Assembly (NCBI GenBank): GCA_040752415.1
Contig: JBFMGU010000019.1
Span: forward strand, 1 to 64,000
DNA from: Myxococcota bacterium
GTDB taxonomy: Bacteria > Myxococcota > JACRCW01
DNA: 64,000 nucleotides
Direction of reading: 5' to 3'
A program made the position numbers and the translations under genes. Positions within the stretch are counted from its first letter, which is position 1, and the number at the start of each line of letters is the position of its first letter. Below, in pieces: positions 44,501 to 57,004 of the stretch. A model generated the notes under the pieces. That model made no database searches and was not told the DNA's origin. It worked only from the letters and a program-made list of their open reading frames with translations.

Positions 44501-47500
44501 TCACCGTCGTTGAAGCCGGCGCCGGTGGCCACCGTGGCGCCCGCGGGGTCCAGGATCGTAAAGCGCGCGCCAAAGCTCCAGCGCAGATACGCGGGGTCCA
44601 GGCGCTCGAAGGTGTAGCTGCCAAGACGGAGGTCCAACGCCTGCTCGACGACCTGATTCCCGGTGTACGTCCCGGCGGCCGCACTGGCGACTTCCACGCC
44701 CAGCCCGTCCAGGAGCCGCCACGCGACGTCAAACCCCAGACCGGTCTCGATACGGAGCACGTGCGGCTGGCAGCGCTCGGTCTGGCAGGCCGCGTCGCAG
44801 CCGTCGCCGGGCACCACGTTTCCGTCGTCACAGGCCTCACCGGCGGCGCGGTGGAGGATGCCGTCACCGCAGCCTTCCACGCGACAGGTGCGCGAGCAGC
44901 CGTCGTTGTCGGCGCGGTTTCCGTCGTCGCAGTCTTCGCCCGCCTGGACGACGCCGTCGCCGCACCAGGTGGTCACACAGGTGGCGGTGAAGGGCTGCGG
45001 GAATGCGCTGGCGTCGCGGAGCGCACCGCCGGCCACCGTGGCTCCGTCGAGCAGGGCCACGCGCCAGGTCTCCTGGTTGGAATCCGGCCGGTAGACCAGG
45101 CTGAGCTGACGGAAGCTGTGCGGGCCGGGTGCCAGGACCACCTCGCGCGTGAGGCTCCCGGTGGCCGGTCCGTCGGGCGTCACCACCGCGGTGCCGTCGG
45201 CGTCGAGGATGCGCCAGGTCTCCAGGTTGTCCGGTTCCACCGACGACACGGTGAGAACGTGGGGCGCGCAGCGCAGGCGACACAGACTGTCGCAACCATC
45301 GCCATCCTGGGTGCCTCCGTCGTCACACTCCTCGCCGAGCTGGACGTAGCCGTTGCCACACGACTCGAGGCGGCAGAAGGCGTCGCAGCCGTCACCCTCG
45401 GTTGTGTTGCTGTCGTCGCATTCCTCGCCCAGCGTGGCCTGCAGGACACCGTTGCCGCACGTCTGGAGCAGGCAGCCCAGTTGCAGCGGCACGTCCTGGG
45501 TGATGACGCCAGGCCGGATGCGCTCCGTCGCCACCACGGTTCCCGCGGCGTTGAGCACCTGCAGGAAGGCACCGTCCGGCCAGCCCGTGGCAAACGGGTC
45601 GCGCAGGGTCAGCGCGTATGCGCCGGAGAACGCAGGAAGCTCCGTGTCCACGAAGATGTTCGGCTGCGTGTAGCTGCCGGGAAGCATCTCCGCCACGACG
45701 ACACCGTGGTCATCCCGGACGGTCCACCCGATGCGGCCAAAGAACGCGTCGGTCCGGACCCGGACGGTATGCGACCGGCAGAAGTGCGCCGCGCAGTTGT
45801 CGGAACAGCTGTCCCCGTTGTTGTTGTTTCCGTCGTCGCAGACCTCCGCGCGGGCGCGTTGCACCAAGCCGTCGCCGCAGCTCTCCACCAGGCAGACGCT
45901 GGAGCACCCGTCCCCGCCGACGAGGTTGCCGTCGTCGCACGCTTCGCCCAGCGCGGGCTGCGTGAGCCCGTCGCCGCAGCCTTCGCGCACGCAGGTGGCG
46001 CTGCACCCGTCTCCCACGTTGCTGTTGCCGTCGTCGCATTCCTCATTCGCTTCGATGCGGCCATTGGGGCAGCCCTCCGTGAGGCACGCGGCGCAACCGT
46101 CGCCGCCGACGTTGTTGCGGTCGTCGCAGGTCTCACCCAGCGCGGCGTCAACATAGCCATCCCCGCAGTAGCCTGCGCATCCCAGGGTGATGGGCGTGAT
46201 CACGGTGCGGGCGGCCCCACCCGGGCCATCCACGGTCCCCGACGCCACGACGCCCGCGGGACCGATGAGCTCCCACGTGCTGCCGTACCAGGAGCCCGCA
46301 GGAGCCACGGCCACGAGCTCGTATTCTCCCGCCAGGAGCTGGACCGGTGTCTCCACGACGGCAACCCATCGCGACGCGCCATACGCCACCATCTCACCGC
46401 CCACGCGGCGCAAGCTCCAGTCGGCCGGCACCTGGTTGACGGAGTTGAGACGCACCACGTGCGCCGCGCATCCCTCGATTGCGCAGGCGGCGCTGCAGCC
46501 GTCGCGGTCCTGGGTGTTCCCGTCGTCGCACGCTTCGCCAAGGAACGTCTGCACAATGCCGTCCCCGCAACGCTCGGTCAGGCAGGTTTCACCGCATCCG
46601 TCGGCGGGATTCGCATTGCCGTCGTCACAGTCCTCACCCGCGCCGGCCTGGATCGTCCCGTCGCCGCAGCGGGCCGCCACGCAGGTGTTCGAGCATGCGT
46701 CGTCATCGACGAGGTTGCCGTCGTCGCAGTCTTCACCGGCCTGGACGCGTCCATTGTTACATTGCTCGATGAAGCAGGACGGATCGCACGAGTCACCCGC
46801 CGCAATGTTGCCGTCGTCGCACTCCTCGCCCAGGAACGCCTGGGTGAACCCGTCGCCACAGCCCTCCAACTTACAGGTCGCGCCACAGCCATCGGCGACG
46901 CTAGTATTCCCGTCGTCACACGTCTCTCCCGCGCCGGCCTGTACGCGTCCATCCCCGCATTCCGCCGCCACGCAGGTGTTGGAGCACGCGTCGCCGTCGA
47001 CGTCGTTGGCGTCGTCACATTCCTCGCCGGGGTCCGTGATGCCGTTGCCGCACCATTGGCGCTCACACGCGAGCGTGAGCGTGGCGGGCTGCAGCCAGGG
47101 GAGCGAGGCGGTGGCGACGACGGTGCCGCGCCAATCCCGGACCTCGTAGCTGCCCCACGGCGTGTAGGCGGGTTGCGGGATGTAGGAGGCCGGGATGTCC
47201 AGCGCATACGTACCGCCAGCAAGGCGCAGCGCGACGGTGTGCGTGGAGCCGTTCGTCACGCCGGGGTCCGTCGTCGGAGAAGCCGCCACGGAGCCTTGGG
47301 CGTCGCGCAGGCGCCACTCGCTGAAGACGCGGGAGAAGCGCGTCTGGAACACCAGCTCATAGGGAGCACACGCCGACTGACACGCGGCGCAGTCATCGGT
47401 GTCGTTGGTGTTTCCGTCGTCGCACTGCTCGGTGAGCCAACGCTGGACCAGGCCATCACCACAGGCCTCGGTGCGGCAGGTCCGACCGCACCCGTCGCCA

Positions 47501-50500
47501 TCGACGGTATTGGCGTCGTCGCACTCCTCTCCCATGGTCGCGTGCAGGACGCCGTCGCCGCAGACCTCGGTGTGGCAGTCCGGCGTGCAGCCGTCACCGG
47601 GCAGGGTGTCCCCGTCGTCGCAGGTTTCGCCCAGGCCCGGCTGGACCACGCCGTCGCCGCAAATCTCGTCCCGACAATACGAGGTGCAACCATCTCCATC
47701 GGCGCGGTTTCCGTCGTCGCACGTCTCCGGCGCTTCCATCACGCCGTTGCCGCACCACCGGATCTGGCACGCCGCGGCGCGGAAGGGCTCCTGTTGCCCA
47801 AACGTCAGGCCGACTCCGCCGGTGAGCAACGTCCCATCAAACGTCGTCAGGGTGTAACCGGAGCAACCCCAACCCTCGCCCACCCGCTCAAAGGTGTGAT
47901 CGCCCACGGCAAGCGCAAGCGGCACCTCGGTGGACGTGAGCCCCACGTAGGTGCCCACCGTTGCCGAGGCCACCGTGCGGCCAAACCTGTCGCGCACCAC
48001 CCATCCCAGTCGCTCCGCGCACCACGTGGTCTGCGCTTGCAGGCGGAGCAGGTGTGGCGCGCAGGCTTCGAGCTGGCAGGCCCCATCACAGCCGTCGCCG
48101 GACGTGAGGTTGCCGTCGTCGCAGACCTCGGGGAACTGCACCACGCCGTTGCCGCAGACTTCGTTCCGGCACGTGGCGTCGCACCCGTCGCGGGAGACGT
48201 TGTTGCCGTCGTCGCAATCCTCGCCCCGCGCGGGCTGGACAACCGTGTCGCCGCAGGATTCCACGCAGGAGGTCTGGAACGGGAACGTCTCCCGGTCCCT
48301 CGTGTAGCTGCCGCGCCATTCCAACGTGCCGGTCCGCAGCACCGCTCCGTTGAGGTCCCGCACCTCGAAGAACCCTCCGGGCCAGCTCGCATAGGGGCTG
48401 ATCGCGGTGAAGGTGTAGGAACCCGCAACCAGCGTCACGTCGGTGAAGTAGTCGCGCTGCTGCTGGTATCCCTGTCCGCCCGATGCCACGAGGGTGCCCG
48501 CGCTGTTGTGGATCTCCCACGAGAGCGAGGTGGACCACCCGGTGAACACGCGGACCACGTGGCGTGCACAGCCCTCGACGGTACAGGTTGGGCTGCAAGT
48601 ATCGCCTGCGATGTTGTTGGCGTCGTCACACGCCTCGCCCTGGTGGAGGATTCCGTCGCCGCAGACCTCAATCTGGCACGTTGGGCCGCAGCCATCTCCG
48701 CCCGCCGTGTTGCCGTCGTCGCACTGCTCGCCGATGTCCGCGCGCAGGAGGCCGTCGCCGCAATAGCCGACCACGCAGCCGCGGTCGCAGCCATCGCCGT
48801 TGATGTCATTGCCGTCGTCACATTCCTCGCCCAGCGCCGGCTGCGGGATTCCGTCGCCGCACACCTCGGTGCGACACACCTTGTTGCACCCGTCGCCATC
48901 GACCTGGTTCCCGTCGTCGCACTGCTCGTGCGGCTCCACCGTGCTGTTTCCACAGGAGGGCTCGCACGTCTGCGCCTGGATGAAGACGTTGGCGGAATCC
49001 GTGCCCGGATCGGGATACGCGCCAATGGTCTGCAGGAGATTGCCGCTGGCGTCGAGCACCTCCAGCGTCGTGCCTTGGCCCCAGCCCTCGTACTGGGTGG
49101 CGAGGTAGTCGAGGCGCTGGAGTCGGTAGGTGCCCAACACCAGCGCCACCGTGACGTTGTAGGTGGTGTTCGGCGCCAGGTCTTGCGGGAGTCGCTCCAG
49201 CACCAGCGTGTTCGACCGGTCATACAGGCGGAAGCCCGTGGCGGCGCTCGTGAAGTACGTGGCGCTGCCGGTGTGGAAGCGGAAGGTGTGGGGCTGACAG
49301 GGCTCCGTGGTGCAGTCGGCGTCGCAACCGTCGTCATCCGCGGCGTTGCCGTCGTCGCATTGCTCTCCGTCGCCCAGCGTCAGGATTCCGTCGCCACAGA
49401 ACTCCTCCTGGCAGTTGGCATTGCAGCCGTCTCCGTCGACGCGTTCGCCGTCATCGCACTGTTCACCCAGGGAAGGCTGCACCCGTGCGTCGCCACACCA
49501 GCCGGGGATGCAGGTGATGTCCACCGGGTTCAGCACGACGTAGGTGGGGTAGCCCTGCGACCAACCCGAGTCGACGAGCTGACCCCGGAAATCGAACAGC
49601 TCGTAGTAGGTGTTGAATCCCTGCGTGGTCCCGTCCTGGAGCTCGAGGGTGTACCGGCCCTGCCAGAGGCTCAGCGGCACTTCCACCTCGGACAACTCCT
49701 GCGGAATGGCGGTCTGCTGCGCCACCACGACGCCACGCGGGTCCAGGACGCGCCAGGACGTGGCGGACGCGTAGTAGCCGTAGTGCAGGACAAGTCGGTG
49801 GGGCGCACAACTGGCCACGCACCCCGTGGTGCATCCGTCTTCCTCGTCGACGTTGCCGTCGTCACACGCCTCGGCCAGCTGCCAGTGCGCGTTTCCGCAA
49901 GCTTCCGGGTAGCACTCCGCGTCACAACCATCCCCGCCAGAGTTGTTGCCGTCGTCGCAAACCTCGCCACGGTTGGTCTGGATGATGGTGTCACCGCAGC
50001 GCGTGATGCGGCAGGTGTTGTCGCAGGCATCCAGCGGGTCGCTGTTTCCGTCGTCGCACTCCTCGCCCTGGTCCACCACGCCGCTGCCACATCCCTCGAT
50101 GCGGCACCGGGTGTCGCAGCCGTCGCCGTCGTCGAGGTTTCCGTCGTCACAGCGCTCGCCAATGTCCGCCTGCAGCTTTCCGTCGCCGCAGTACTGGTAG
50201 TAGCAGTTGACATCAAAGGGCCCCGTGCCCTGGCCGGTGGCGTCGTAGACCTGCTTGTTGCCCAGGAGGACGATGCCGCCACCGCGGTTCTCCACCTGCC
50301 AGCTCGCCATACCGAACGCGTTTCCGGGCGGCGCACCAGGGTTGAACGTGAAGGGGCCCACCGGGATGAAACCTCCGGGCTGCGCATTCAGCAGGTCCAC
50401 GTGCTCGACGTAGTCCGTGTTCGGCTGTGTGTCCGTGGGACCCAGGAAGGTCCATCCGTTGGCGGAGCGGATGCTCCACTGCGCGGACCCCGTGCCGGTG

Positions 50501-53500
50501 CGGTAGCGCACGGTGAAGGGCGCGCAGCTCTCTCCCTGGCACGTGTCGCTGCAGCCGTCGCCGGCCTGGGCGTTTCCGTCGTCGCAGGTCTCGCCGGTCT
50601 GGATGACGGAGTCCCCGCAAGTCTCCCGGCGACAGGTCGCGCTGCATCCGTCGTTGGAGGCCGTGTTGCCGTCGTCGCACGTCTCGCCGTTGACCCACGG
50701 CTGGACCACCCCGTCACCGCAACGTTCCACACGGCAGTCGTAGGCGCACCCGTCAACGTTCAGCAGGTTCCCGTCGTCGCACTCCTCGGGAGCCTCCCGC
50801 GTGCCGTTGCCGCAGACCTGTGGGTCGAGACAATCCACCAAGCCGTCCTCGTCGGCATCCGCCACGCAGTCCGTGTTGCAGTTGGGCGCGTTGTCGTCGC
50901 AGTCGGCGGCACACGTGCCAACGCCGTATCCGTCACCATCCATGTCCAGACACGGATCGCATGCGTCACCCACGCCATCGCCGTCGGTATCCGTCTGCGG
51001 GGCGCCGGCCAGTTGCGGGCAGACGTCACACGCGTCGCCGAGTCCGTCGCCGTCGGCGTCGACCTGGTCGGGGTTGGTGACGGCGGGGCAGTTGTCGCAC
51101 GCAAGGCCCACGGTCTCCCCCGGCAGCTCACCGACCGAGTGGATCCGGATGGCGCCCCGCACCGCGGCCGTGGTCGGACAGCACACCTGCTTCGTCGCGA
51201 GCTCGATGTACATCGGGTACGAGTCCGCGCTCAGCGCCGTGGTGTTCGTGAGCCAGAGCTCCCAGATGCCATTGCGCCGGAAATACACCTCCACCACGTT
51301 TCCGGTGCGAACGAGCCTCACGCCGCCCGGCGCAAGGTCTACCCCAACAGACTCGGGAAGTTGGCCTGCCCCCGCGATGTAGTCACCCTCGTAGTAGCTC
51401 CAGCCGCAATTGGCTCCGGAGTCGGCCATCCAGATGCCGAAGGTGCCGTAGGGGGAGCTGTCCGGCTCGCGCAGGATGTCCAAGCCAAGGCCGGGGCATT
51501 CCGAGTCGGCGCCGATGAGGTAGAGGAACAGGGTGCCCGGCGCCGTGAACGTGACGCTCAGCTCGATATCGAAGTCGCCGAAGGTCTGCGTCCCGAGGAT
51601 CCGCGCCAGGCCGAGCGCGCCGTTGCGGTGGAGCAGCAGGTCGCCGTTCTCCACCTCGGCAACGCCGTGCGTCACCCGCCACTCCGCCAGGTTCAGCGTC
51701 GTGCCGTCGAATGTCTCGCTGTAGCCGCCCCCGGCGACGGCCTGGTCCGGGTTGCTGACCCCGGCACAGTTGTCGTCCTGATCTGCGATGCCGTCGCCAT
51801 CAGAGTCCCCGCTGTCGCAGGCGTCCCCGATGCTGTCATTGTCGACGTCCCCCTGGGTGGGGTTGGGGACGCTCACGCAGTTGTCGCAGGCGTCACCGCG
51901 CTGGTCGCCGTCGATGTCGGCCTGGTCCGCGTTGGAGACGCCGGGGCAGTTGTCCACCGCGTCGCAGGCGACGTCAGCATCGGCGTCGACGCACGGGTCG
52001 TCGCAGTCCCGCGCACCATCGCCGTCGGTGTCGGTGGTGCAGTTGGTGGTGCAAGCGGCTACCGCGTCGTCGCAGTCCACGGTGCTGCACAAGCCGTCCC
52101 CGTCGGCGTCCACGCAGGTGTCGCGGCAGTCGAAGATCGAATCGTTGTCGATATCCGCGCAGGTGGCGGAGCAGAGGGCGCTGGTGTCGTCGCAGTCATC
52201 GAGGTCGCGGCACAGCGCGTCACCGTCTCCGTCGACGCAGGGATCGTCACAGTCCCGCTGCGTGTCCCCGTCGACATCCGCGGTGCAGTCGAGCTGGCAG
52301 GTGGCCACGGCGTCGTCGCAGTCCGTGGGCCGACAGGTGCCATCCGCATCCACGTCCACACAGGGATCGTCACAGTCCCGCGCCGTGTCAGCGTCGAGGT
52401 CGGTGGTGCAATCGGTGGTGCACGACGCGCGGGTGTCATCGCAGTCTGCGGTGCTGCACACGCCGTCCGCGTCAACGTCCAGGCAGGCGTCATCGCAGTC
52501 ACGACGACCATCCTGGTCCGCATCGCTGGTGCAATCCGTCGTGCACAGCGTCACGGCGTCGTCGCAGTCATCCGTGTTGCAGATCAGGTCCTGGTCGACA
52601 TCGATGCAGGTGTCGCGGCAATCCGGCAGGTTGTCCCCGTCCACGTCGGTGCAGTCCAGCGCGCAGGCTGACGTGGTGTCGTCGCAATCCGTTGCGCCGC
52701 TGCACAGGCCGTCGGCATCCGCATCCACGCAGGGATCATCACAGTCCCGTGCGCCATCTCCATCCGTGTCCACGGCGCACGCAACGTTGCACGTGGGAAC
52801 GGCGTCATCGCAGTCGGCGGCGCACTGGCCCGCGCGGCCGAACCCGTCCCCGTCGGCGTCGACGCAGGAGTCATCGCAATCCCGCCAGCCGTCCACGTCC
52901 ACGTCGGTGAAGCAGTCGTAGCGGCAGGTGGGCACCTCATCGTCACAGTCCGCGCGGCATCCGCCGCCCGAGCCCGCGCCGTCCCCGTCGACGTCCACGC
53001 AACGGTCCAGGCAATCCGTGGTTCCATCCTGGTCGCGGTCGGATGTGCAATCGGCCGCGCAGCGCGACGAGGTGTCGTCGCAGTCGGCGGGCAGGCACAC
53101 GCTGTCGCGGTCCTGGTCGACGCACGGGTCGTCGCAGTCCCGCGCGCCGTCGCCGTCCGTGTCGCCGGTGCAATCGGAGCTGCAACCCGTCACCGCGTCG
53201 TCGCAGTCATCCGGGCGGCACGAGCCGTCAGCATCCACGTCCACACAGGGGTCACCGCAGTCCGGCGTGAGGTCCACATCCACGTCCGTTGCGCAGTCGT
53301 CCACGCAGCCGATCGCGTCGTCATCGCAGTCCTGATTGCGGCAGGAGCCGTCGCCGTCCACGTCGACGCACGGATCCTCGCAGTCCGGCAGGCTGTCGTT
53401 GTCGACGTCGGTCTGGCAATCGGCCGCGCAGGTTGCCGAGTTGTCATCGCAGTCCGCGTCCCGGCAGACCCCGTCGTTATCCACGTCAAAGCAGCCGTCG

Positions 53501-54828
53501 TCGCAGTCCCGCAGGTTGTCGCCGTCCACGTCGCTGGTGCAGTCGGTGGTGCACAAGGCAACGTCGTCGTCGCAGTCGGCGGGACGGCAGGCCCCGTCGC
53601 CATCGACGTCCAGGCAGGCGTCGTCGCAGTCGCGGCGGGAGTCGTTGTCCACGTCGGTGGTGCAGTCTGCGGCGCAGGCGGCCACGGCGTCGTCGCAGTC
53701 CGCGGGACGGCACACGATATCGCCGTCGACGTCGACGCAGGAATCGTCGCAGTCTCTGGCGCTGTCGCCGTCCACATCGGTGGAGCAATCGCTGGTGCAG
53801 GTCGCCACCGCGTCGTCGCAGTCCGCGGGGCGGCAGACGGTATCGCCATCGCCGTCGACGCACGCGTCGTCGCAGTCCCTTGCGCCGTCCCCGTCCACGT
53901 CGGAAGCGCAGTCCAGGGTGCATGCCGCCACGGCGTCGTCGCAGTCCTCGGGACGGCAGGAAGCATCGCCGTCGACGTCCACGCACGGATCGTCGCAGTC
54001 GCGCGCGCCGTCCCCGTCCACGTCGGTGGCACAGTCCGCACCGCACACCGCGTTGAGGTCGTCGCAATCGGTGCCCAGGCAAACGGTGTCGCCGTCAACG
54101 TCGATGCAGGTGTCATCACAATCGCGTTCGCTGTCGCCATCCACGTCGCTGGTGCAGTCGGTGGAGCAGGAGGCTGCCGTGTCGTCGCAGTCGGTACCCG
54201 CGCACACGGTGTCTCCGTCCACGTCTACACACGGATCATCGCAGTCGCGCGCGGCGTCGCCGTCGACATCGGATGTGCAGTCGCTGGTACAGGTTGCCAC
54301 GGTATCGTCGCAGTCCGTTTCCCGACAGATACCGTCGTCATCAACGTCGATGCAGGGGTCGTCGCAGTCGCGATCGCCGTCGGCGTCCACGTCGGTCGTG
54401 CAGTCGGTGGTGCAGGCAGCCACGGTGTCATCGCAGTCGGTCCCGAGGCACGCGCCGTCGTCATCGACGTCGAGGCAGGCATCATCGCAGTCCCGCTGGC
54501 CGTCGGCGTCTACGTCGGTGGTGCAGTCGGTGGTGCAGGTGGCCACGGTGTCGTCGCAGTCGGTGCCAACGCAGGCGTCATCGCCGTCGACATCGATGCA
54601 TGTGTCATCGCAGTCCCGGGCGCCATCACCGTCGACGTCGGTGGCGCAGTCGTTGCCACACGCGGCCACGTTGTCATCGCAGTCGGGGCCCTGGCACGCG
54701 GCTCCCTCTCCGAGCCCGTCGCCATCCTTGTCCGTGCATGTGGCCGTGGGCGGTTCCTCCGTGCCTGAGGTGCAACCCCACCCGCCGAAAGAGAAGGCCA
54801 ACGCCACGCAGGCCAGAGAGACCCTCAT
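29560..54828 (-). CDS. Giant (~8,420 aa) surface lipoprotein: Asp/Cys 41-aa repeats, TSP3 repeats, lectin-like insert, DUF4215 (Myxococcus Cys-rich) repeats alternating with ~33 beta-rich modules, C-terminal FGE-sulfatase/CLec domain
   Basis: Uninterrupted ORF; signal peptide plus lipobox ([19 protein letters not shown]) at ATG 54828; many CGDG...GE.CDDGN...DGC...C repeats; FGE motifs ([43 protein letters not shown]). Confidence 0.9.
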   Translation of the reverse strand: MRVSLACVALAFSFGGWGCTSGTEEPPTATCTDKDGDGLGEGAACQGPDCDDNVAACGNDCATDVDGDGARDCDDTCIDVDGDDACVGTDCDDTVATCTTDCTTDVDADGQRDCDDACLDVDDDGACLGTDCDDTVAACTTDCTTDVDADGDRDCDDPCIDVDDDGICRETDCDDTVATCTSDCTSDVDGDAARDCDDPCVDVDGDTVCAGTDCDDTAASCSTDCTSDVDGDSERDCDDTCIDVDGDTVCLGTDCDDLNAVCGADCATDVDGDGARDCDDPCVDVDGDASCRPEDCDDAVAACTLDCASDVDGDGARDCDDACVDGDGDTVCRPADCDDAVATCTSDCSTDVDGDSARDCDDSCVDVDGDIVCRPADCDDAVAACAADCTTDVDNDSRRDCDDACLDVDGDGACRPADCDDDVALCTTDCTSDVDGDNLRDCDDGCFDVDNDGVCRDADCDDNSATCAADCQTDVDNDSLPDCEDPCVDVDGDGSCRNQDCDDDAIGCVDDCATDVDVDLTPDCGDPCVDVDADGSCRPDDCDDAVTGCSSDCTGDTDGDGARDCDDPCVDQDRDSVCLPADCDDTSSRCAADCTSDRDQDGTTDCLDRCVDVDGDGAGSGGGCRADCDDEVPTCRYDCFTDVDVDGWRDCDDSCVDADGDGFGRAGQCAADCDDAVPTCNVACAVDTDGDGARDCDDPCVDADADGLCSGATDCDDTTSACALDCTDVDGDNLPDCRDTCIDVDQDLICNTDDCDDAVTLCTTDCTSDADQDGRRDCDDACLDVDADGVCSTADCDDTRASCTTDCTTDLDADTARDCDDPCVDVDADGTCRPTDCDDAVATCQLDCTADVDGDTQRDCDDPCVDGDGDALCRDLDDCDDTSALCSATCADIDNDSIFDCRDTCVDADGDGLCSTVDCDDAVAACTTNCTTDTDGDGARDCDDPCVDADADVACDAVDNCPGVSNADQADIDGDQRGDACDNCVSVPNPTQGDVDNDSIGDACDSGDSDGDGIADQDDNCAGVSNPDQAVAGGGYSETFDGTTLNLAEWRVTHGVAEVENGDLLLHRNGALGLARILGTQTFGDFDIELSVTFTAPGTLFLYLIGADSECPGLGLDILREPDSSPYGTFGIWMADSGANCGWSYYEGDYIAGAGQLPESVGVDLAPGGVRLVRTGNVVEVYFRRNGIWELWLTNTTALSADSYPMYIELATKQVCCPTTAAVRGAIRIHSVGELPGETVGLACDNCPAVTNPDQVDADGDGLGDACDVCPQLAGAPQTDTDGDGVGDACDPCLDMDGDGYGVGTCAADCDDNAPNCNTDCVADADEDGLVDCLDPQVCGNGTREAPEECDDGNLLNVDGCAYDCRVERCGDGVVQPWVNGETCDDGNTASNDGCSATCRRETCGDSVIQTGETCDDGNAQAGDGCSDTCQGESCAPFTVRYRTGTGSAQWSIRSANGWTFLGPTDTQPNTDYVEHVDLLNAQPGGFIPVGPFTFNPGAPPGNAFGMASWQVENRGGGIVLLGNKQVYDATGQGTGPFDVNCYYQYCGDGKLQADIGERCDDGNLDDGDGCDTRCRIEGCGSGVVDQGEECDDGNSDPLDACDNTCRITRCGDTIIQTNRGEVCDDGNNSGGDGCDAECYPEACGNAHWQLAEACDDGNVDEEDGCTTGCVASCAPHRLVLHYGYYASATSWRVLDPRGVVVAQQTAIPQELSEVEVPLSLWQGRYTLELQDGTTQGFNTYYELFDFRGQLVDSGWSQGYPTYVVLNPVDITCIPGWCGDARVQPSLGEQCDDGERVDGDGCNANCQEEFCGDGILTLGDGEQCDDGNAADDDGCDADCTTEPCQPHTFRFHTGSATYFTSAATGFRLYDRSNTLVLERLPQDLAPNTTYNVTVALVLGTYRLQRLDYLATQYEGWGQGTTLEVLDASGNLLQTIGAYPDPGTDSANVFIQAQTCEPSCGNSTVEPHEQCDDGNQVDGDGCNKVCRTEVCGDGIPQPALGEECDDGNDINGDGCDRGCVVGYCGDGLLRADIGEQCDDGNTAGGDGCGPTCQIEVCGDGILHQGEACDDANNIAGDTCSPTCTVEGCARHVVRVFTGWSTSLSWEIHNSAGTLVASGGQGYQQQRDYFTDVTLVAGSYTFTAISPYASWPGGFFEVRDLNGAVLRTGTLEWRGSYTRDRETFPFQTSCVESCGDTVVQPARGEDCDDGNNVSRDGCDATCRNEVCGNGVVQFPEVCDDGNLTSGDGCDGACQLEACAPHLLRLQAQTTWCAERLGWVVRDRFGRTVASATVGTYVGLTSTEVPLALAVGDHTFERVGEGWGCSGYTLTTFDGTLLTGGVGLTFGQQEPFRAAACQIRWCGNGVMEAPETCDDGNRADGDGCTSYCRDEICGDGVVQPGLGETCDDGDTLPGDGCTPDCHTEVCGDGVLHATMGEECDDANTVDGDGCGRTCRTEACGDGLVQRWLTEQCDDGNTNDTDDCAACQSACAPYELVFQTRFSRVFSEWRLRDAQGSVAASPTTDPGVTNGSTHTVALRLAGGTYALDIPASYIPQPAYTPWGSYEVRDWRGTVVATASLPWLQPATLTLACERQWCGNGITDPGEECDDANDVDGDACSNTCVAAECGDGRVQAGAGETCDDGNTSVADGCGATCKLEGCGDGFTQAFLGEECDDGNIAAGDSCDPSCFIEQCNNGRVQAGEDCDDGNLVDDDACSNTCVAARCGDGTIQAGAGEDCDDGNANPADGCGETCLTERCGDGIVQTFLGEACDDGNTQDRDGCSAACAIEGCAAHVVRLNSVNQVPADWSLRRVGGEMVAYGASRWVAVVETPVQLLAGEYELVAVAPAGSWYGSTWELIGPAGVVASGTVDGPGGAARTVITPITLGCAGYCGDGYVDAALGETCDDRNNVGGDGCAACLTEGCPNGRIEANEECDDGNSNVGDGCSATCVREGCGDGLTQPALGEACDDGNLVGGDGCSSVCLVESCGDGLVQRARAEVCDDGNNNNGDSCSDNCAAHFCRSHTVRVRTDAFFGRIGWTVRDDHGVVVAEMLPGSYTQPNIFVDTELPAFSGAYALTLRDPFATGWPDGAFLQVLNAAGTVVATERIRPGVITQDVPLQLGCLLQTCGNGVLQATLGEECDDSNTTEGDGCDAFCRLESCGNGYVQLGEECDDGGTQDGDGCDSLCRLRCAPHVLTVSSVEPDNLETWRILDADGTAVVTPDGPATGSLTREVVLAPGPHSFRQLSLVYRPDSNQETWRVALLDGATVAGGALRDASAFPQPFTATCVTTWCGDGVVQAGEDCDDGNRADNDGCSRTCRVEGCGDGILHRAAGEACDDGNVVPGDGCDAACQTERCQPHVLRIETGLGFDVAWRLLDGLGVEVASAAAGTYTGNQVVEQALDLRLGSYTFERLDPAYLRWSFGARFTILDPAGATVATGAGFNDGEGAVGFTVQACQARWCGDGVVLAGEECDDSNAISGDGCSATCRLEFCGDGVLQLPLGEECDDGNTGPDDGCGPACAAERCGDGIIHAARGETCDDGNTTPDDGCGPTCLVEACGDGVVQTARGEQCDDGAAVDGGGCDDQCQVEQCGRYRLRLRVEAGASDLSVTVRDNLGRAVLSVPPNALYYAADETYDVILVDGSATLDFAVHPSAYVRGTAELRNHIGDVVAQVDLPSSGTASAAIATPCVVEWCGDGALQAARGEACDDGNRVAGDGCNATCAVERCGDGVVQPALGERCDDGNTEDADGCDAQCRDELCGNGFLQTATGEQCDDGNRVANDGCNATCVIERCADGIVQGGIGEQCDDGATAEGDGCDSTCRFEACAAHTLRVRTEDQGQWYGWTLLNQSGQIVASSPVGAYTSYTTYTVPLNLPVGAYRMVLNAANTAGWGWLQYGYFEITDRTGTVIASGTLQDRRSGVVDFGGACVNTWCGDGLTQAERGEACDDGNRASGDGCSAACVQEFCGDGVTQLALGEECDDGNLQDDDGCDAACARERCGDSLVQAGIGETCDDGNTAPGDGCNALCVTERCGDGAWQPALGEQCDDGNLVNGDRCSAACLNERCGDGVVQTSLGEQCDDGNSVLDDGCGTTCEVDRCGDRVVQASRGETCDDGNTLPEDGCSATCTLERCGDGIIQAGRGESCDDGNTVAGDGCGTSCRTERCGDGVLQAGRGETCDDGNTASGDGCSSACVVERCGDGVVQAFRGEACDDGNNRDEDGCSARCFLEGCGDGQIQGALGENCDDGNVTSNDGCSSTCRAELCGDGVIQAPRAELCDDGNAADGDGCSSTCAFEACAQYRVAVFVRSGALYGWRVLDAGGRLVGQAPFAFRPGGQAFTTLVNLPAGTYRLILTEADDGLPNNSELQVQDPGGGIRHRVPLSGAATTELQFQTSCGIRCGDTVVQPLAGEACDDGNTVDEDGCNGRCEVEACGDGVVQAAFGEECDDDNAVSGDGCSSECVVESCGDGVAQPGIGEDCDDGAHTAGDGCDERCRAEVCGNGLVQVGEPCDDGNTADGDGCNTACVVEVCGDGMAHPALGEECDDGATANGDGCGAGCRFEACAAYSVTVETTTTAYAVGWEIVRDDGVVVMQRGYNSYQNNERVTTPVSLLPGAYTLRIITGGWAGWMGGRITLDDHLGGRIAERILGNPTGSTGTTEIRQDVPFTAACEKRCGDSVVHAALGETCDDGNDVDGDGCSPTCVSGSCADHTVRIRTGYSGLGVQWEIRDAQGLRVAGNAGPYEASRTYSHAVRLPPGAYQFVASSVPYGNWWNGSYEVVDSYGGVIATGSLGTRAFVTRCEANCGDGILHPSLGELCDDGNANAADGCNPQCITERCGNAVLQPELGEACDDGNPDSGDGCSAGCAVERCGDGILQAGRGETCDDANAVEGDGCDVQCHTEVCGNGVLQATDECDDGNLRTGDGCDAQCRLEVCGNGLLQANEGCDDGNTNSGDGCDPTCRVEGCGDGVLQPPLGEECDDGNDVTGDGCTRTCKVEWCGDGVVQPGIGESCDDGNANAGDGCAGCTWEACAAHTLTVRGADGAEGLTFILASAQRVVAFAPTRTFPSFATTTQAIMLTEGDHTLEVRYDATAAGTSSYNGPHVLELTDALGTVLTHVELSLNNAGPVRATFTTACSRSCGDGVLSPGRGEQCDDANAVDGDGCGTGCQWSACEPAVVRLHTPSNGVADFRVLDPLGNVIAKHIRVEDGALPGNAVLDFPLPVRVGRNTVEMISWTTDGNPYLEVVGTGGAVVASGRYQGPLPVERFSFTPPCTSAWCGDGVLRPEAGEQCDDGNATAGDGCDPRCVTERCGDGVPHPSLSEACDDGNTTSDDGCSATCQLETCAPHVLRVVTERYPPNGNNCQQASWVLRDAAGQVVAEKPMPVGPQDPNWWPAGSIITAPLPARLGFHTLEITHACDALYASFEMVAPDGTSSATNRRYVGSRQLRAELNVTTCQTHWCGDGVVEAGRNELCDDGNQVSGDGCDSVCRTEACGNGVIQPELGEDCDDGNTVNDDGCNTRCVSGWCGDGTLKPALGEQCDDANLLPGDGCDATCLWERCAPHTLRIVTPSLGWDGPSFIGWTVRDALGSLVAEHRASDGLYQNNRTYEVPVSLGVGTHSLTLDAREYGYWDGRMELVSPTGQVLVTAQLDGQFVRTVGLPVTSCQAEWCGDGVVQLARGETCDDGNASDGDGCSAQCVVEECGDGVVQGWLGESCDDGNAVAGDGCGATCVAEACASHRLFLEAGMLTLATWSIVDRADGSVVADGRLLDVDNSVGVSISLGDGDYAMQFAGDSIPDDAYWRLVDSFGGVRARGKLTRDYPLPLLGAEFSVFCNAQCGDGVVHPLRNEECDDGNVTSDDGCTAACTGEACKPHRLRIQGAGTSVNAYWRIMGPAGEVVLSGGGNLEPFSDTSVLFQALPGQHTVEVGSAGNGGRLEIFDGSGALALVVDNLYAGRGYPAYFTFNATCQRRWCGDGVLTVDAGETCDDGNNVSLDGCNANCQAERCGDGIRQPVEQCDDGNTNDNDGCTSACVAHCAPHDLKINTPTGAESAWRFIDGFGRVAAEGGNNGVRYVAWPEPVSSYRVPVTLLPGPHTFDDRTYGASGYTYELRDILGNLVFSGPPYSPSSQFQAVCTPHWCGDGVVDASEACDDGNRDDSDGCSSACVVERCGDGVLQVSEQCDDGNTVNGDGCSTGCVRSCQPHTAVVQTNGPVGPARWIVRNSAGVIVEQSGWQGIDGATTFERPISLSAGTHRLEVAVNAPVSSAYQVSVRNSVGAILGTAYVMPGTTWAATNIQTTCTIAWCGDGVRQQAAGEECDDGNPVSGDGCRPDCRTERCGDGAVQAALGEQCDDGALADGDGCSSTCRAEACTSHTLELHGGPESSLLRWRVVDRSGREVLPLSDAGVYQFAGPAPVTLQPGDWRIQWYDYASYRARYARNAFELRDADGGIFAHGEFTTGPLPNVPPGPTLVAEFDFTSQCGATCGDGVLNVNTGEACDDGNNAPGDGCNATCGRETCAPHRVRIQAGRDGWVSWQVRDGAGRVLATPPGNGVSILPSYAIQDVEVSIPAGLASVTVDGTNASAEVFTLDGALVTRVEVDADNDGWGVTRYFQAGCQGAFCGDGVVQPERGETCDDGNRVGGDGCTQVCRPPVCGDGIVQTEIGEQCDDGNLLDGDGCDPECRVSCGPYVLRLRTGADANAAYTLYNGGGEIVLQASRGSLAAHREYVVMLPVQANVASTLSFYLDAAAGGSYVVYAPSGEVIDSGNGHAFDLTLPGVSCALNFCGDALLTPARGEECDDGNADYGDGCSPWCKVEGCGDGVLGGTEECDDGNRLAGDGCAADCSAERCAPTRVRVLADDRAELDATDPRWRIVDGHGRVVADHLQVHGRRYTSGEVATALLDLGAGPHVLETTAWVAAGWASGSIELTDFVGTPIFSGTHGAAPPYVRGRAIDIPCLPAWCGDGVVADGEACDDGNLVDGDGCSSACVVERCGDGNIQAGIGESCDDGNLDNGDGCASSCVFETCARHELTTAAFYLGAAAAWRVTDAQRQVVASGMGGFDDVEQVTALDLVDGIYTFEQETEVGYNPYLTDSRYEVRDAFGGRIASGIIPANTPLHSNTFVASCTQRCGDGILHPDLGEACDDGNTVAGDGCSETCQVGICGPHTVAVHTSSAGSYRWWLRDELGAVVASADMLGPEFYPAATVVTHEVDLPPRGYTLILDEPGNTRGWTNAFVSVLDADGVEVVRGSRGAGPTPTRLPFRTACLLEWCGDGQLQEARGEVCDDGDAVSGDGCSATCRVEICGDGIVQPTLGELCDDPPDAPTGTCDQTCQPSRCPPYTVRVYTGDADHERVIDWQVRSSTGTVMLSHEGIAWYGRTNVAPPYPASAMTSERLTGMRYGRYTLRGDATHEGWGDTHIEIVDDRDRLVATLTIPARSYAAEVDFDVACPNALWCGDGVVGTNEDCDDGNELSEDGCSQECRVERCGDGVRQVQLGESCDDGNSGAGDGCDAACGFEACAGHEITFSNHRCNGCLDLLGWEILDPQGGRLTGGAPGSIPAEGGSFPVDIPAGAWQLRMYLPPDWTYSSPRGAATIRNSWGDAIVKVVLDGDRRSVVVPFQAACGRGCGNGVAELSVGEICDDGNQAGGDGCITCVPEPCVRKQVVTSVQGYPLLDWIIQDVAGQVVAAQNNGMFDALTARSPVMQANTEYTRSVDLPMGVYTVTLAGPDWAGGTVRILDRLGLPLYAGSLSAGGGYRTDMLTVGSCASETCGNGTLEPGEQCDDGNDRHGDGCNPLCREERCGDGAPAVGEQCDDGNTTSGDGCSADCRAEYCGDGAVQPARGEQCDDGNLLSNDGCDSRCKVELCGNGVLNPGEQCDDGNRAGGDGCNGACRWEACTYHHVQIHDWDHSDVSPLSGGGQLYNGVWGDWYWALKRREGAVWWIHRVDSAGTRLATPYGVDGYELEDQWFATATHPGSPYADYELKPSADASQIRFLNLDEAMLRQFPSFVVPSRELGIIFPFLWIHQNVNLMPGRYELELFSRSVSLFPDWWDQATIEVRRDSKNLVPLTSKAADSPRYFEVGTLQADGTYRCASYCGDGVLNLALGEQCDDGNQLDGDDCDSNCRIVPILLPLPGGTFVMGSPLTERGREDDETEHLVTLGAFDISPYEASVGEFVREMSAYNPSGTGWWSPLDRLNSSLRAAGLPTHDFRGACSGDVNELIPGGRCAVGFITWHEAAAFANAVSARLGLELCYVCAMTSYLDGFQCTVAMPPRDCEGYRLPTEAEWEYAARSAGAVSSALPVGGELPAGNEQSCMSFPTSEGTPMTQVGWFCGNTRTPPFSAPGEKLPNAAGLYDMAGNIAEWTQDWYGAHPTYSVNPTGAREGTRRVLRGGDQASYPDELRCASRDDEDPAWYGQYNGVRLVRTRN

Positions 54829-55070
54829 CGTGACGCTTCGCCCGCGGAATCCTCGCGACGAAGCGGACCGAATGGGGAGGGAATGCGCTACGATCGGTGG
54901 GACGACGGCCATGACTGCCTCGGAGGTGATCGTGACGTCGTTGTAGAACGCTCGCGCTTGGGATCGCGAGCAGAATCGACGACATGGTTGACATTCGCGG
55001 GACGGGGTTCCATCCTCGCGCTTGATGCAGAAGGGGACGTCTGTGGCGACGTGCAACGCCCGCGAGGTCG

Positions 55071-55655
55071 TTACGCAGTTTCTTTGGAGGGGCGCGCCAA
55101 CAGAGCGATCCGCCGGCCATGCTCCGAGTCGTCGATGAGCACGGCCAGACGCTTCGCGCGCGTTTCCTGCTTCTTCGCGCTCATCACCCACCAGCTCGCG
55201 GTCTTGCGGTAGCCCGGCGGCTGCGCGCTGAAGAACGCCCACGCCTTCTTGTTGGCGCGGAGCTGCTTCTCATCGTCCGCGCTGAGCGCACGATTCTGCT
55301 CGTACGAATAGCGCGTCCCCGCGCTCTCGTCTTTCCGGGAGAACGCGGCCAGCCCTTCGGGCTTCACGCGACCGAGCTCGATGAGCATGTTCATCCGCTT
55401 GATGTTGACCGCGCTCCAGATGCTGCGTGGCTTCCTCGGTGTGAAGCGGATGGTGTAACTCTCGTCGCCAAGGCTTTTCCTCACGCCGTCGATCCAGCCG
55501 AAGCACAGCGCCTCGTCGAGCGCCTCCTGGTACGTGATCCCGGTCTTTCCGGAGGACACCTTGTAGAAGCCCAGGAGAATCTCCGTGGCCTTCACATGGT
55601 TTCTCGTCAGCCAGGCGCGGAGCTCGGATGCGGTGGTGAAGAACGTCGGCGTCAT
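55071..55655 (-). CDS. YdeI/OmpD-associated family protein
   Basis: [47 protein letters not shown]. Confidence 0.88.
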   Translation of the reverse strand: MTPTFFTTASELRAWLTRNHVKATEILLGFYKVSSGKTGITYQEALDEALCFGWIDGVRKSLGDESYTIRFTPRKPRSIWSAVNIKRMNMLIELGRVKPEGLAAFSRKDESAGTRYSYEQNRALSADDEKQLRANKKAWAFFSAQPPGYRKTASWWVMSAKKQETRAKRLAVLIDDSEHGRRIALLARPSKETA

Positions 55656-55760
55656 CGCAAGCAATGCTAGCTCGTCCGGGCGGGGCGCCAACACGGAACA
55701 CGCTTGCGCCGGAAACCGGAATCACTCGCGCCACGCGTTTGTTCGTGTATCATGCACACC

Positions 55761-56675
55761 ATGAATCCGGAAGCCGCCTCTCGGGAAGCCCGGCTGGAAC
55801 GCAGCATGCTCGCCCTCGACGGGTTGTCGGTGGGGGACGCGTTCGGCCAGAAGTTCTTCATCACGCCGGAGAAGGCCATCAGCGTGGCGCGACACCGCTG
55901 GTTGCCGGTGGCACCCTGGCGTTTCACCGACGACACCGTGATGGCGCTCTCGGTCGTGGAATCGCTGGTGCGCTTTGGCGAGGTTCGTGAGGACGAGCTC
56001 GCGGACGCGTTTGCGCGACGGTGGGCGGAGGACAAGGGTCGTGGCTACGGGCCCGGAGCGTTCCGCATCCTGGAGGCCATCCGCATGGGCACCCCGTGGC
56101 GACTGGCGGCGCGCAGCGCGTTCAACGGCAGTGGCTCCATGGGCAATGGCGCGGCCATGCGCGTGGCGCCGGTGGGGGCGTACTTCGCGGATGACTTCGC
56201 GGTCGTCGTCGAGGAAGCGCGCAAGTCCGCGCGTGTCACCCACGCCCACCCCGACGGGATTGCCGGTGCCATCGCGATTGCCGTGGCCACCGCTGCGTCG
56301 TGGCAGCTCCGCGGTCAGTCGGATCGGGCCGCCCGGATTTTCGCGGAGGTGCTGCGGTGGACTCCCGCGTCGGACACCGCGGAAGGTGTGGCGCGCGCGG
56401 CGCAGATTCCGCTGACGGAGCCGGTTGACGACGTGGCGGAGCGATTGGGCGCGGGCCACCAGGTGCTGTCCAGTGACACGGTGCCGTTCTGCATCTGGAG
56501 CGCGTGTCGCAACCTGGAGTCCTTCGAGGATGCGATGTGGAACACGGTGGCCGCGCTCGGGGACCGCGACACCACGTGCGCGATCGTCGGTGGGATCGTC
56601 GCGGTCTCCGTCGGAGCGAGGGGGATGCCGGAGAAGTGGATTGCCGCGCGGGAGCCGCTGCCGACGCTGGAATGA
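55761..56675 (+). CDS. ADP-ribosylglycohydrolase family protein
   Basis: GLSVGDAFG, FTDDT, GSMGNGAAMRVAP, THAH, GDRDTTCAIVGG. Confidence 0.92.
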   Translation: MNPEAASREARLERSMLALDGLSVGDAFGQKFFITPEKAISVARHRWLPVAPWRFTDDTVMALSVVESLVRFGEVREDELADAFARRWAEDKGRGYGPGAFRILEAIRMGTPWRLAARSAFNGSGSMGNGAAMRVAPVGAYFADDFAVVVEEARKSARVTHAHPDGIAGAIAIAVATAASWQLRGQSDRAARIFAEVLRWTPASDTAEGVARAAQIPLTEPVDDVAERLGAGHQVLSSDTVPFCIWSACRNLESFEDAMWNTVAALGDRDTTCAIVGGIVAVSVGARGMPEKWIAAREPLPTLE

Positions 56676-56760
56676 TCGCCGTGAGGCGGCGTGCTTCCTC
56701 GCCCCGTACCCAGCCGGTATGTCGTCGTTGTTCACGTGAGCTCGTTCTGGTGACCGGGGG

Positions 56761-56861
56761 GGGGGGCAGCGGCAGCCAAGGCTGCACCTGGAAAGGCACC
56801 AAGCCCGGCCTCGAAAGCACACCTGCACGACGTCACCGCGCCGGGCTCTGCGTTGGTGGCG
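56761..56861. repeat. Degenerate single arm of repeat family C
   Basis: CTGGAAAGGCACCAAGCC and GGCTCTGCGTTGG blocks are shared, in the same order, with 28947-29014. Confidence 0.6.
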
Positions 56862-57004
56862 GCAGGAGACGTGATGTGCGGCCTCCACGTTGGCGAGTCG
56901 CTCAAGCAGCAAAGCCGGGAAAGCCAAGCCCGGCCCTTCGGCCCAGAGTTGAAACCTTTCGCGCCCTCGGGCATCTCAGGGCCAACCTGTTTCCGGAGGT
57001 CGCA

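Noticed and set aside
43351..52671. 3106-aa plus-strand ORF and other long plus-strand ORFs opposite the giant gene
   Set aside because: Antisense shadows of a high-GC repetitive CDS; the translations are V/A/R-rich with no motifs.
29560..54828. Recurring TTGCCGTCGTCGCA-type DNA repeats that might suggest a CRISPR array
   Set aside because: They encode the CDDGN protein motif, vary at synonymous positions, are irregularly spaced and have no cas genes nearby.
54829..55242. N-terminal extension of the giant ORF in the track
   Set aside because: It overlaps the YdeI gene and looks non-coding; the signal peptide and lipobox begin at ATG 54828 (54912 is a possible alternative).
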